IMG/VR virus record: IMGVR_UViG_3300023174_000123
Span: 21,332-85,331 of that record
DNA length: 64,000 nucleotides
Source of the DNA: a virus
Reading direction: 5' to 3' (one strand)
Position numbers and translations under genes: made by a program. Below are positions 29,613 to 39,633 of this stretch, in pieces. The notes below the pieces were generated by a model. The model did not search any database. It saw only the letters and a program-made list of their open reading frames with translations, and was not told the DNA's origin. Each line of letters opens with the position of its first letter. Within the stretch, counting starts at the first letter, position 1.

Positions 29613-30142
29613 ATCATATAGTTTGCTACACCGGAGGAACCTGTGGAGATCTGATTGCGGCCATGATAGATTCCACCGATGTAGAAGTTAAAAATCGTGT
29701 GATAATGCACGCCGAACAAAGGCAACGGCTTAAAAAACCGCACACCTTTGCCAACGATCAACAAAAGACCGAATACCTTGACACTATATTCCAGACCTAT
29801 AAGAGCGTGCCCAGTCATGATTTGAACTATCACGTGAACAACAGGCATAAATTTATAGCAATCACTGTGCAAGATTTTGCAACCGCTGTGTGGGCAGCCG
29901 AACGATTCAAACTGGTGCATAGACCACATGTGTGGCAAGAAATGACTCGTGCCTGTGGAGCCGACACTGTGGAGGACTATGCACAAATCTTGATTGATTA
30001 TTCCCGCATGGTAGTGCAACATACTGATCAGGTGCTTGAATTAGAACGCATCGTCAAAGGGCATGCCGTGGATGATCTAAAACAATATGTAGACACTGAC
30101 CTTGATCAGGGTTTATACTTGAACTGGTTAAACAGACAATGA
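29609..30142 (+). CDS. Hypothetical protein, possible sulfotransferase/P-loop-like fold
   Basis: N-terminal IVCYTGGTCGDL loop, similar to the 41602 ORF. Confidence 0.45.
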   Translation: MNHIVCYTGGTCGDLIAAMIDSTDVEVKNRVIMHAEQRQRLKKPHTFANDQQKTEYLDTIFQTYKSVPSHDLNYHVNNRHKFIAITVQDFATAVWAAERFKLVHRPHVWQEMTRACGADTVEDYAQILIDYSRMVVQHTDQVLELERIVKGHAVDDLKQYVDTDLDQGLYLNWLNRQ

Positions 30143-31602
30143 GAACAGCAACTATTATCATACGCGACGAAGTCAATATCAAGATTGAAGGTCTTGAGTT
30201 AGATGCTCGTCGTAGTTGTGTCAATGCATTCAAATATGATGTGCCTTATGCACGGTATCTGCCTGCCGTGAGATTGGGTCGTTGGGACGGCAAGGTTTCG
30301 TATTTCCAACTAGGCGGTAGCACTTATGTGAACTTGTTGCCAGAAATCATACCCATATTAGAAAAGTTCAACTACGACATTGAAGTAGATGATCAGCGAG
30401 AATATTCCACCACTTTTGAATTCAAGCAAGTCACTGAAGACAGTTACAGCCATATAGCCTGGCCCAAAGGACATCCGGCCGCAGGTGAACCCATGAAACT
30501 GCGTGACTATCAGGTAGAGATCATCAACAACTTCTTGGCCAATCCACAGTGCCTGCAAGAGGTGGCCACAGGTGCTGGTAAGACTGTGATGACCGCGGCA
30601 CTCAGTGATGCTGTCACAGCCTATGGTCGTAGCATCGTGATCGTGCCCAACAAGAGCTTGGTCACGCAAACAGAAAAAGACTACATCAACATGGGACTGG
30701 ATGTGGGTGTGTACTTTGGCGATCGTAAAGAATGGGGGTGTCAGCACACTATTTGTACCTGGCAGAGCTTGAACGTGCTACTCAAAAACACAAAAAATGG
30801 CACCACCGAGGATGACTGCACCATAGGTGAGTTTATAGAAGGTGTGGCGTGCGTGATTGTGGACGAAGTGCATATGGCCAAGGCCGATGCACTGAAGACC
30901 TTGCTAACAGGAGTAATGAGTCGCATACCCATACGCTGGGGACTCACTGGAACCATACCCAAAGAAAAGTTTGAAAGCGTGGCGCTCTTGGTCAGTCTTG
31001 GTCCGGTAATCAGCAAGCTCAGTGCCAGTGAACTGCAAAGTCAAGGTGTCTTGGCACAGTGCCATGTGAACATCGTGCAGTTGGAAGATCATGCAGAGTT
31101 CTCAAACTATCAAAGCGAGCTCAAATACTTGTTGGAAGAACCCGACAGGCTGAAAACCATAGCTGACCTGGTGCGACAAGTCAATGCCACAGGCAATACC
31201 TTGGTCCTGGTAGATCGTATCGCCGCAGGCCAGGCTCTAGTAGAACAACTCAAGGATGCAGTATTTGTTAGCGGTGCAACCAAAGCAAAGGATAGACAAG
31301 ATGAATATGACGAAGTGGCTGTGGCAGACGGTAAAATCATCGTGGCCACTTATGGCGTTGCTGCTGTGGGTATCAATATACCTAGGATTTTTAACCTGGT
31401 GCTCATTGAACCAGGTAAGTCCTTTGTCCGTGTTATTCAAAGCATAGGACGTGGTATCCGCAAGGCCGAAGACAAGGATCATGTGCAGATCTGGGACGTG
31501 ACCAGTACCTGTAGATTTGCCAAACGGCATCTAACCAAACGCAAGACCTTTTACAAAGAAGCCAACTACCCATTCACACAGGAAAAGTTGCAGTGGAAGT
31601 AG
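30139..31602 (+). CDS. uvsW: SF2 DNA helicase UvsW
   Basis: WDG, LRDYQ, ATGAGKT, VDEVH, GLTGT, QSIGRGIR. Confidence 0.92.
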   Translation: MRTATIIIRDEVNIKIEGLELDARRSCVNAFKYDVPYARYLPAVRLGRWDGKVSYFQLGGSTYVNLLPEIIPILEKFNYDIEVDDQREYSTTFEFKQVTEDSYSHIAWPKGHPAAGEPMKLRDYQVEIINNFLANPQCLQEVATGAGKTVMTAALSDAVTAYGRSIVIVPNKSLVTQTEKDYINMGLDVGVYFGDRKEWGCQHTICTWQSLNVLLKNTKNGTTEDDCTIGEFIEGVACVIVDEVHMAKADALKTLLTGVMSRIPIRWGLTGTIPKEKFESVALLVSLGPVISKLSASELQSQGVLAQCHVNIVQLEDHAEFSNYQSELKYLLEEPDRLKTIADLVRQVNATGNTLVLVDRIAAGQALVEQLKDAVFVSGATKAKDRQDEYDEVAVADGKIIVATYGVAAVGINIPRIFNLVLIEPGKSFVRVIQSIGRGIRKAEDKDHVQIWDVTSTCRFAKRHLTKRKTFYKEANYPFTQEKLQWK

Positions 31603-31639
31603 TGGTTGCTCTTGCGAAAATATATGTTATAATCAATGT

Positions 31640-32140
31640 ATGAGAATATTAACACTGGACAACGAACCATTTGACCTAGATCACTTGCCAGAAGAAGTGG
31701 ATGACATGAGATTTGCTATATTTGACAACAGCGATCCCAAAGATCCTGATTATCATTACATACCTTTGATCTTTCTAGAAAGCTTCACAGCGCCGGCCTT
31801 GGTTTTACGCATCGGTGAATATAGAGTCAAAATGCCCGTGGACTGGCAAATCCTGATCGGCGAGCCCGATCTTGGCGACTTGGAAGTCCTACCGTTGACA
31901 GCTATCAATGATCGCGGATTCAAGGCCTTCCAGTTTAATCCCTTGAGCAGTTTCAGACCCAGTTTTTTGGATGTAGAGATCATTGACGTGTATCAAGAGG
32001 TTACCTGGTATGCGCCCAAACTCAAGAACGGTCAGATGTTGTGTGTGCCTATAGGTGAAGGTCTCAAACCCGACTGCGTATATTTTGTCAAAGATATCAG
32101 CAGAAACTGTGAAGTAGTAAACTATAATCAGGCCTGGTAG
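31640..32140 (+). CDS. Conserved-looking hypothetical beta-rich protein
   Basis: 166-aa ORF with TATAAT at 31628-31633. Confidence 0.65.
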   Translation: MRILTLDNEPFDLDHLPEEVDDMRFAIFDNSDPKDPDYHYIPLIFLESFTAPALVLRIGEYRVKMPVDWQILIGEPDLGDLEVLPLTAINDRGFKAFQFNPLSSFRPSFLDVEIIDVYQEVTWYAPKLKNGQMLCVPIGEGLKPDCVYFVKDISRNCEVVNYNQAW

Positions 32141-32586
32141 TGGAAAAACTCAGTATACAAAATGAAATGTCCCAGTTTGATCGCAAGAATCGCAGATTCT
32201 ATGATGAACTGACCAACGAAGAAAAGAAAAAGTTTAGTAACTATCTCATGATACGCTGGGGCAGTTGTGTGCAAGGTTCAAGGGACCTACAAGAGTTTTA
32301 TTTGATCTCTACCAATGAACGCTTGAACAAGAGATTTTTTGACATCAACCGCCATCCTCGATTGCAGTGGCTCATAGCTACTACAGTGAGCCCTGGCATG
32401 GGCACTCATAGACATCAATGGATAGCTCCCAAGAAAAAAGAAGCAGGAGCCACGGCCATACGTAAGCAGTTGGCTGAACTATATACACATCTCAAAGATG
32501 ATGAACTGGACCTGTTGGCCAAGATTACCACAAAAAAAGACATAGACGAATATATAAAAGCCGCAGGGCAAGACACAAAAAAATGA
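32140..32586 (+). CDS. Probable clamp-loader small subunit (gp62-like)
   Basis: FSNYLMIRW.S...N...HP.LQW......W..PKK pattern resembles gp62; replication context. Confidence 0.45.
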   Translation: MEKLSIQNEMSQFDRKNRRFYDELTNEEKKKFSNYLMIRWGSCVQGSRDLQEFYLISTNERLNKRFFDINRHPRLQWLIATTVSPGMGTHRHQWIAPKKKEAGATAIRKQLAELYTHLKDDELDLLAKITTKKDIDEYIKAAGQDTKK

Positions 32587-33332
32587 AACAGTACAAAAAT
32601 TTACTAGTCTCAGGGTGCAGTTTTAGTCAAGATTTTTGGTTTAATGGTATAGGCGGCGAACCTCCTAGCGAAACATCGCCAGGCGATTGTGTGTATATCA
32701 CCGATCCTAAATTCTCAGTTGAGATGCCTAGAAGCTGGTCTGGATTCTTGGCAAAAAAATTAGAAGTTACCAGTTTTGTGAATGTTGCGGCAAGTGCCCA
32801 CGGAAACATATTGGTCGCACATTCTATTTTAGAATGTATAAACAGATTTTATTATACAGCGGAAGACACGTTAGTAGTGATTAATCTTTCTGAACCATGG
32901 CGGCTCGATTTATTTTGTGAATATGATCATCCAGAAGTTGATAAAAAATATATTCCATGGAAGCAATCTTTTATACCTTATTCTTATTTAGATGCCAATG
33001 GTAAAATCACATCAGAGCTCCGTAAAAATATTGGTCTTGAGCAGGTAGGAGTTATCACATCAAATTCTATAGATTTTTTATTTAATTTTTTACAAAACAA
33101 AAAAATAGATTTTTATTTTTTGTTAATGAGTGATTTTGATAACACTGTATTAAAACCGGTGATTGATAGATTCAGAGAGCATCAGATAGAACTGACACCA
33201 GGATCAAACATGATCTCGTTTGGACAACTCACAAAAACATACGTATCAGAATCTAACTGGCATCTAGGAGTCAAAGGTGCCAGCCTGGTCGCCGATCAAA
33301 TATATCGCCATATCAAAAGCAAACAAGAATGA
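32583..33332 (+). CDS. SGNH/GDSL-like hydrolase or acyltransferase
   Basis: SGCSFS block I, NVA..AHGN block II, C-terminal NWHLG..G. Confidence 0.6.
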   Translation: MKQYKNLLVSGCSFSQDFWFNGIGGEPPSETSPGDCVYITDPKFSVEMPRSWSGFLAKKLEVTSFVNVAASAHGNILVAHSILECINRFYYTAEDTLVVINLSEPWRLDLFCEYDHPEVDKKYIPWKQSFIPYSYLDANGKITSELRKNIGLEQVGVITSNSIDFLFNFLQNKKIDFYFLLMSDFDNTVLKPVIDRFREHQIELTPGSNMISFGQLTKTYVSESNWHLGVKGASLVADQIYRHIKSKQE

Positions 33333-34003
33333 AGTATACCTGTCAGTATTGTAAGAAGGACTTTATAAAGGAGAGTAGTCTTGCGGTGCACAGTTGCGAG
33401 CCGCGACGGCGTCGCATGGAAAAAGATGAAGCAGGTGTGCGATTAGGATTCCATGCTTATTTGAAGTTCTATGAGCTGACACAGGGTAGTGCAAAGTTAA
33501 AAACCCATGATGACTTTTGTGAAAGTCCTTACTATCGTGCCTTTGTAAAGTTTGGTCGCTACTGTGTGGACATTCGTGCTGTCAATCCGGCACGTTTTGT
33601 AGAATGGGTACTAAAACAAAACAAAAAGATTGATCACTGGTGTCGAGATACTATATATACCGAATACCTAATAGACTATTTGCGTATAGAAAATATCAAT
33701 GATGCTCTGGCCCGTGCCATGGAGTTTGGTATTGATTGGGCAGAGAAGTCCGGACATCCAGCAGAAGATTGCTTGCGTTATGGCAACACAAATGCCATGG
33801 TCTATGCGATAACTGCCGGTCGCATCAGTCCGTGGATCGTTTATAATTGTGAAAGTGGTCAAAAGTTTTTGAGCGAACTTGATGCCACACAGATTGCCAT
33901 GATATGGCCTTACATTGATTCAGAAGTGTGGATGAAAAAATTTGCAGACTATGTGGCAGATCAGGAATATGCTCGAAATATATTGACAGAGGCAGGTTGG
34001 TAA
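33329..34003 (+). CDS. Hypothetical protein with N-terminal zinc finger
   Basis: CQYCKKDF......VHSC. Confidence 0.7.
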   Translation: MKYTCQYCKKDFIKESSLAVHSCEPRRRRMEKDEAGVRLGFHAYLKFYELTQGSAKLKTHDDFCESPYYRAFVKFGRYCVDIRAVNPARFVEWVLKQNKKIDHWCRDTIYTEYLIDYLRIENINDALARAMEFGIDWAEKSGHPAEDCLRYGNTNAMVYAITAGRISPWIVYNCESGQKFLSELDATQIAMIWPYIDSEVWMKKFADYVADQEYARNILTEAGW

Positions 34004-35406
34004 TGGAAAAAAATAAAGAAATTGATCTCAAAGATCACCATGTGGTTATTGCTGGAATGCCTTTGGTTAATTCTATACATGCTCCATTGGCAGCACCTGC
34101 GGTACTGAAATCTTCTTTGAATCTATCTGGTATAAAAGCCACGGCCCTGGATCTTAACATTGAGGTTTTGTTAAAAATCAAATCTCATCCTGAATACAAC
34201 AATCTATTAAAATTTTTCAAGGAGCAACAAGCTGAGGACTGGGTAACTCAGGAAATTTCAAAAATATTATTTTATTGTGCTCATAGAATCATTGATTTAA
34301 AACCAACAGTGATTGCATTGAGTTTACTAACTTACGAATGTCAAAATTTTACACTTTGGCTGTGTGCTGTGTTACGTGATTTGTGCCCTGAAATCAAGAT
34401 AGTGGCTGGAGGGCCTGGTATCAAATATTCAGTATCGAATTTTGATGATACGACCTTCCGAGACACTGCAAAAGAATTAAATCTAATAGATGACTGGATC
34501 GCCGGCGACGGTGATCAATCTTTAATTGAATATGTAAAAGGTAATTGTACTTTTCCTGGAATAAACAATGATGTCTGGCAACCCATCGCCGATCTGGACT
34601 CTTTGCCTTATCCAGACTGGTCTGATTATAATTTTTATCTGTATTCTCAAAACTTTATGCCGATAGTAGACGCCAAAGGCTGTGTTAGAAATTGTGAATT
34701 TTGTGACGTGATTGAGTATTGGAAAAAATTTCAATCCAGAGATGCAGAATCAATTTTTGAAGAAATGTTATATCAAATGGAAAAATATAACATGAGAGAT
34801 TTTGACTTCAGGAGCAGCATTACCAATGGCAATCTGCGAGAGTTTAAAAAATTGTTAAAGTTAATGGACGACTACAACAAGGACAAATATAGGCCAGAGC
34901 AGATAAGTTGGAATGCCAGTTTTATTATACGACAACAAAGCCAACATACCGAAGAGATGTTTAGACAAATGGGCGCCACCCATGCTACCTTGAGCCTGGG
35001 CGTGGAAAGTATCGTGCCCGAAGTTCGAAAAAAACTAGGCAAAACATTTGAAAATTCTGACATAGATTATCATTTGCAAATGGCCGAAAAATATAATGTA
35101 AAAGTTATTTTAATGATTATAACCGGGTACCCTTCAGAAACTCTTCAAGATTATGAGTTTACCAAACAATGGTTTCGAGATAGAGCACACTATAAAAATG
35201 TTATTTCGAGATTATTTTTGTCTCCGGCAGAGATCATACCCGGAACTCAATTACACAAGAATATGGACAAACATAAAATTATTCCTATCAAAGAAAATAA
35301 GAAATGGCAGACTGAGACCATAACCATCGAAGAGAGAAAAAAATATCACAATGAATTGGTACATTTATGCTCAAAAGAACTAGGATTTAACATTGAAGTC
35401 TACTAA
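34003..35406 (+). CDS. B12-binding (class B) radical SAM enzyme
   Basis: P.A.AVLK, IVAGGP, GDGD, LP.PD, KGCVRNCEFC, GVES, GYPSET. Confidence 0.88.
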   Translation: MEKNKEIDLKDHHVVIAGMPLVNSIHAPLAAPAVLKSSLNLSGIKATALDLNIEVLLKIKSHPEYNNLLKFFKEQQAEDWVTQEISKILFYCAHRIIDLKPTVIALSLLTYECQNFTLWLCAVLRDLCPEIKIVAGGPGIKYSVSNFDDTTFRDTAKELNLIDDWIAGDGDQSLIEYVKGNCTFPGINNDVWQPIADLDSLPYPDWSDYNFYLYSQNFMPIVDAKGCVRNCEFCDVIEYWKKFQSRDAESIFEEMLYQMEKYNMRDFDFRSSITNGNLREFKKLLKLMDDYNKDKYRPEQISWNASFIIRQQSQHTEEMFRQMGATHATLSLGVESIVPEVRKKLGKTFENSDIDYHLQMAEKYNVKVILMIITGYPSETLQDYEFTKQWFRDRAHYKNVISRLFLSPAEIIPGTQLHKNMDKHKIIPIKENKKWQTETITIEERKKYHNELVHLCSKELGFNIEVY

Positions 35407-35785
35407 TATTAAATTACTGCTTGAATTCTCACATCCGGCGATTGATCTAAAAATTTTTGATAGGCATGGAAAGATATTGATTGATCAAACAAATAATCAA
35501 TCAATATCATTGATTAATTTTTGTATATCCATGCCCAATCAACTTACCATTGCGATCGATAATGTGTTACCTGGATACATTGTAAAGGTGTTAGAAATGA
35601 AAATAGGACCTATAAAATTATCTAATTCAATTCTTTCTCAAATTTTTTCATTTTACGATCAACAAGACAATCAAGTTACCACCTATGTTTGGCGATCAAA
35701 TGGAAAAGCAGTGGTTGATTTGTTTTCTGAAGATTGGATACAATATCATTTGCTGTATAGAAACAAAATACAAACTGACCAATAA
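35393..35785 (+). CDS. Hypothetical AT-rich protein
   Basis: 130-aa ORF overlapping the rSAM end. Confidence 0.5.
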   Translation: MKSTNIKLLLEFSHPAIDLKIFDRHGKILIDQTNNQSISLINFCISMPNQLTIAIDNVLPGYIVKVLEMKIGPIKLSNSILSQIFSFYDQQDNQVTTYVWRSNGKAVVDLFSEDWIQYHLLYRNKIQTDQ

Positions 35786-35793
35786 AAATAATC

Positions 35794-36357
35794 ATGAGCG
35801 CAGACATCGATATTGATCTTGCAGACAGAGATCAGTTGTTGAAATTAATCCAGGCCGTTCCGGCACGACAATCAAATCAAGGACAGGTGCGTCGCCACAA
35901 CAGTGGTGTATATGTCACTGACATTCCCTACGATCCAATCAATGCTTGTGCAACTATTGACTATGAACAAGCAGAAAAACTGGGCTATTTTAAAATTGAT
36001 CTATTGAATATGTCGGTGTATCAATTAATACAAAGTCCAGAACACTACCAAGAGATACTGACCAAAGAGGCGCCTTGGACAAGATTGTGGACCGACGCAG
36101 ACTGGGCCAGCCAGTTAGTTCATGTAGGCAATTACCCAAACTTACTACAGTCAATGAAACCCGACAACATCCCCAGGATGGCAGCTTTTATCAGTATCAT
36201 ACGACCTGGCAAAGCACACTTGCAAAATCGTCCCTGGGACCAAGTATTTGAGTCGGTTTGGGATGGGGATGACAGCCGTGGATTTGTGTTCAAGAAATCG
36301 CATGCAATTTCTTATGCAGCCTTGGTGGCCTTGCACATGAACTTATTAAACACATGA
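35794..36357 (+). CDS. Miniature DnaE (C-family polymerase alpha)-like protein, 187 aa
   Basis: DIDID, HNSGVYV, GYFKIDLL, IIRPG, FKKSHAISYA in DnaE order. Confidence 0.8.
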   Translation: MSADIDIDLADRDQLLKLIQAVPARQSNQGQVRRHNSGVYVTDIPYDPINACATIDYEQAEKLGYFKIDLLNMSVYQLIQSPEHYQEILTKEAPWTRLWTDADWASQLVHVGNYPNLLQSMKPDNIPRMAAFISIIRPGKAHLQNRPWDQVFESVWDGDDSRGFVFKKSHAISYAALVALHMNLLNT

Positions 36358-37043
36358 CCATATTATACAGCAATGGATGTAGTTATACTGCTAACTATAA
36401 TATTGAGAGATCAGAAAGATATCCTATATTGATAGCCAAACATTTTAAGTGGATGGTTCAGGATAAAGCTATTCCTGGAAATTGTAATAGCAAAATCATT
36501 CGTTCTGCAATGAGAGATTGCGTTAGCTTGCTGAAACAAGAAAAACCGATCGTGGCCATGATCCAATTGACTCATCAAGAACGATTTGAATATGCGGGTA
36601 AGCCTACCAAAGAGAATGCGTGGAAGTACGGATTGTTGCATGACCAGGTAGAAAACATAGACAAACAAATCTTTGATCAATTTGAATCTATAAATCCAAT
36701 GGACGAAAAACATTGGCCCAAAGAGATTGTTCAGTATGCCAAACAACATTTAATTTTGCAAAAAATTGATGCTTTGAATACTAATTTATTTCATAGTATC
36801 ATTGGCCTGGCTTCTTTTTTTAGAACTAACAACATAAAATATTTGATCTATGCCGGTCCATCTTTTTATAATCCAGAAATAGACAATGATCCTTTTTATA
36901 GATATCTGCTAAACGACAAAAATGTAATAGATTTAAATAATTTTAACATGTTGTCCATCACCGGGTTATCAAAACATCCAGATTCCAGTGGCATGAAAAA
37001 GATAGCTGATTATTTTATTAATCTACTCGACGAACCAAAGTAA
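36354..37043 (+). CDS. SGNH/GDSL-like protein
   Basis: SNGCSYT, A.PGNCN, IQLT..ER.E, KHPD..G. Confidence 0.65.
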   Translation: MTILYSNGCSYTANYNIERSERYPILIAKHFKWMVQDKAIPGNCNSKIIRSAMRDCVSLLKQEKPIVAMIQLTHQERFEYAGKPTKENAWKYGLLHDQVENIDKQIFDQFESINPMDEKHWPKEIVQYAKQHLILQKIDALNTNLFHSIIGLASFFRTNNIKYLIYAGPSFYNPEIDNDPFYRYLLNDKNVIDLNNFNMLSITGLSKHPDSSGMKKIADYFINLLDEPK

Positions 37044-37395
37044 TACTTTTTCTTTTGCTTTTTTTCCTACCGATCTCGCCGAGACTGCATATGGGTCCAT
37101 GCACGACTTCTAGATCTTTGTTGGTAAATGTGCGTAGATAAGGACGGAAAACGTCCCACTCACCTTTTAAGAATATGTTTATGGGCACAGTTCTGTTGCT
37201 TTCCCACCACCAAATGTTGGCCAGTTCTAGGAACCGGCGTTTGATTTCTATGTCTTGTATGGCGCCAAAATCGTAGATGGTAGTAATGGCATCGTCTTGA
37301 TTTTGTATGATACCCACGTATTCCGTGGTGGCATACACACACAAGGTAATAAACGGATACTTTTCCGCTAATTGGGCAAAAAAATCAGTGCTCAT
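37018..37395 (-). CDS. Hypothetical protein
   Basis: YVGIIQN..WWWESNR..PINIFLK; minus-strand TAAATA at 37406-37411. Confidence 0.7.
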   Translation of the reverse strand: MSTDFFAQLAEKYPFITLCVYATTEYVGIIQNQDDAITTIYDFGAIQDIEIKRRFLELANIWWWESNRTVPINIFLKGEWDVFRPYLRTFTNKDLEVVHGPICSLGEIGRKKSKRKSITLVRRVD

Positions 37396-37456
37396 AAGTT
37401 ACGGATATTTACCAAACCGTTTTTGAGCCAGGTCGAGATTTCGCTAAATACTCTGT

Positions 37457-38602
37457 ATGTATTCAACCCAAGTCTATATCTATCAGCAGATCACCAGAGT
37501 CTTGCTCATGGACACAGGTGCGGGCGAAACTTTTATCTATAGGTATGATCCTGTGTACGCCAAAGTCCTGACCATAAACAAAGGTGTTGATAATGTGCTC
37601 CTGTTTGAGTTTATCAACCAGCAAGAAAAACCTGTGAACATCACAGGTAGCACGTTCCTGTTCCGAGTGATCAGCACCGAGGGTGATGTTTTACTTTTAG
37701 AAAAACCCATGGTGATCTTGAATGCTCCCACTGGCCGCGCCAAAGTAACCTTGACCAGCGCAGAACTTTTAGAAGTCTTGGCACAACCAGCCAACTACAG
37801 CATACAACGCAGCAGTGGAAACTTGGTAGAAGCAGTGTTTGTGGATGCTCAGGCCGGAGCCCGTGCTCCTGTAAACATTGTAGACAGCATCTTGCCACAG
37901 TATGTGCCAAGTGCACCACTCACAATACCCACTATCAAACTCAGCGCCCAGGGTAGCCCAGATGGTATTGCCTGGACTCAATGGCCTTCCAATCCATATT
38001 ATTCTGGCAACCCCAACGGTGGAAATTACTACAACAGTTTTTTGAATACCGAATACTTCAGTAGTTTTATTGAACCCACCAAAGGCGTTACCACAGTGCA
38101 GATGACCTTGGTGGGTTACACAGGCACGATCAAAGCACAGGCCGCAGAAAACTATCAAAGCATATTCTACAACGTCACAGAGTCTACTACCTATTACGAC
38201 GAAACCAGAACCATATACATGAACATTGTGGGATGGCATCCTATAATTAGATTGTGCTTCAACAACAGCATTTTTGCCGTGCCAGATCAACCTGGCACTC
38301 CGGCACTGGCCACGGCCATTACAGAAAACGGTGTAGTCACTGCCATCAACGTGGTCAACGGTGGCAGCGGATATCTAGCACCGCCCAAGATCAACATCAT
38401 TGGCAGCGGGTCCGGCGCTACAGCAGAAGCTACCATCTCGGGCGGTGTGGTCACAGGGATTACAGTGACCAATGGCGGAAGTGGTTATTGGTATCTACCA
38501 AATGCCGGCTCAACCAGCGTGGTCAGTCCTGCTCCTCCGTCGACATCCAGCGCTGCTGTGGTAATCAGCACCGGTTATGTGGTTGATCTATTGTATAGAT
38601 AA
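37457..38602 (+). CDS. Baseplate/virion structural protein
   Basis: I.V.NGGSGY repeats typical of T4-like baseplate-wedge proteins; TAAATA at 37445-37450. Confidence 0.65.
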   Translation: MYSTQVYIYQQITRVLLMDTGAGETFIYRYDPVYAKVLTINKGVDNVLLFEFINQQEKPVNITGSTFLFRVISTEGDVLLLEKPMVILNAPTGRAKVTLTSAELLEVLAQPANYSIQRSSGNLVEAVFVDAQAGARAPVNIVDSILPQYVPSAPLTIPTIKLSAQGSPDGIAWTQWPSNPYYSGNPNGGNYYNSFLNTEYFSSFIEPTKGVTTVQMTLVGYTGTIKAQAAENYQSIFYNVTESTTYYDETRTIYMNIVGWHPIIRLCFNNSIFAVPDQPGTPALATAITENGVVTAINVVNGGSGYLAPPKINIIGSGSGATAEATISGGVVTGITVTNGGSGYWYLPNAGSTSVVSPAPPSTSSAAVVISTGYVVDLLYR

Positions 38603-38649
38603 TACCAAACACTGTTGAATTTTACCAAAAATCATGTTACAATAACAGC

Positions 38650-39633
38650 ATGATTGATGTGATCTCTTACCTGCCCGCACGACGCAAGCCCAGTGCTTCG
38701 GGTTGGATCAGTTTCAATGCACCCTGCTGTGAGCACATGGGAGAAAGTCGAGATCGACGTAGTCGTGGCGGTATCAAAACAAGCGATGCGGGCTGGAGCT
38801 ATCATTGTTTCAATTGTGGCTACACTGCCAGCTTTATCATGGGACGCAATCTCAGTTTCAAGGCTCGTAAACTGCTGTCATGGTTGGGTGTACCTCCAGA
38901 AGAAGTAGAACGCATCAACTTGGAAAGTCTCCGACACAAAAACATGGAAGGCCTGCTGACTGATCGTCAACGTGTTAGCAATACCCTGCAGGGCATAGAG
39001 TTTGAAGAACGTGACCTGCCACCTGCGGCAGAACTGGTCACCACAGTGCATCCTACGCATTGGCAGTATCTGCGTGCTCGTGGTGTGCCAGCAGACTACC
39101 CTGTGATGACAGTGCTGCAGACTGACAAGGTACACTGGACCCGACCACAGGTCATTGTACCTTTTACCTATGACAATCGTGTGGTAGGCTACAGTTGCCG
39201 TATGCTGGACAATCGTCAGCCCAAGTATATCCATGACACACAGCCGGGCTATGTGTTTGGCACAGACTTGCAAGGTGCGGCGTGGCGTTATGCCCTAGTG
39301 GTAGAAGGTGTGTTTGATGCACTCAGCATAGGTGGCCTGGCAGTGTTGCATGCCGAAATCAATGATGCACAGGCCCGACTCATACGCAGTCTTGATAGAG
39401 AAGTCATAGTGGTGCCTGATCAGGACCTGGCCGGAATGAAACTGGTGGATCGTGCTCTAGAGCTAGGGTGGAGTGTAAGCATGCCCGAGTGGCCCGCTGA
39501 TGTAAAAGATGTCAACGATGCTGTGATTCGTTGGGGCAGATTGGCCACTGTGATAACTATCTTGCAGGCACGGGAAACCAGCCGAATCAAAATAGAACTA
39601 AGAAAAAAATGGTTATTAAAACAACTGAACTAA
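38650..39633 (+). CDS. DNA primase, gp61-like
   Basis: Zn motif CC..HCFNC, PKY, TOPRIM VEGVFD, PDQD.AG, KDVND. Confidence 0.9.
   Translation: MIDVISYLPARRKPSASGWISFNAPCCEHMGESRDRRSRGGIKTSDAGWSYHCFNCGYTASFIMGRNLSFKARKLLSWLGVPPEEVERINLESLRHKNMEGLLTDRQRVSNTLQGIEFEERDLPPAAELVTTVHPTHWQYLRARGVPADYPVMTVLQTDKVHWTRPQVIVPFTYDNRVVGYSCRMLDNRQPKYIHDTQPGYVFGTDLQGAAWRYALVVEGVFDALSIGGLAVLHAEINDAQARLIRSLDREVIVVPDQDLAGMKLVDRALELGWSVSMPEWPADVKDVNDAVIRWGRLATVITILQARETSRIKIELRKKWLLKQLN

Noticed and set aside
35794-36357. Mini-DnaE as a pseudogene fragment
   Set aside because: Intact start and stop, in-frame internal deletions that keep every catalytic motif, and no adjacent DnaE remnants in other frames. dN/dS is still needed to confirm.
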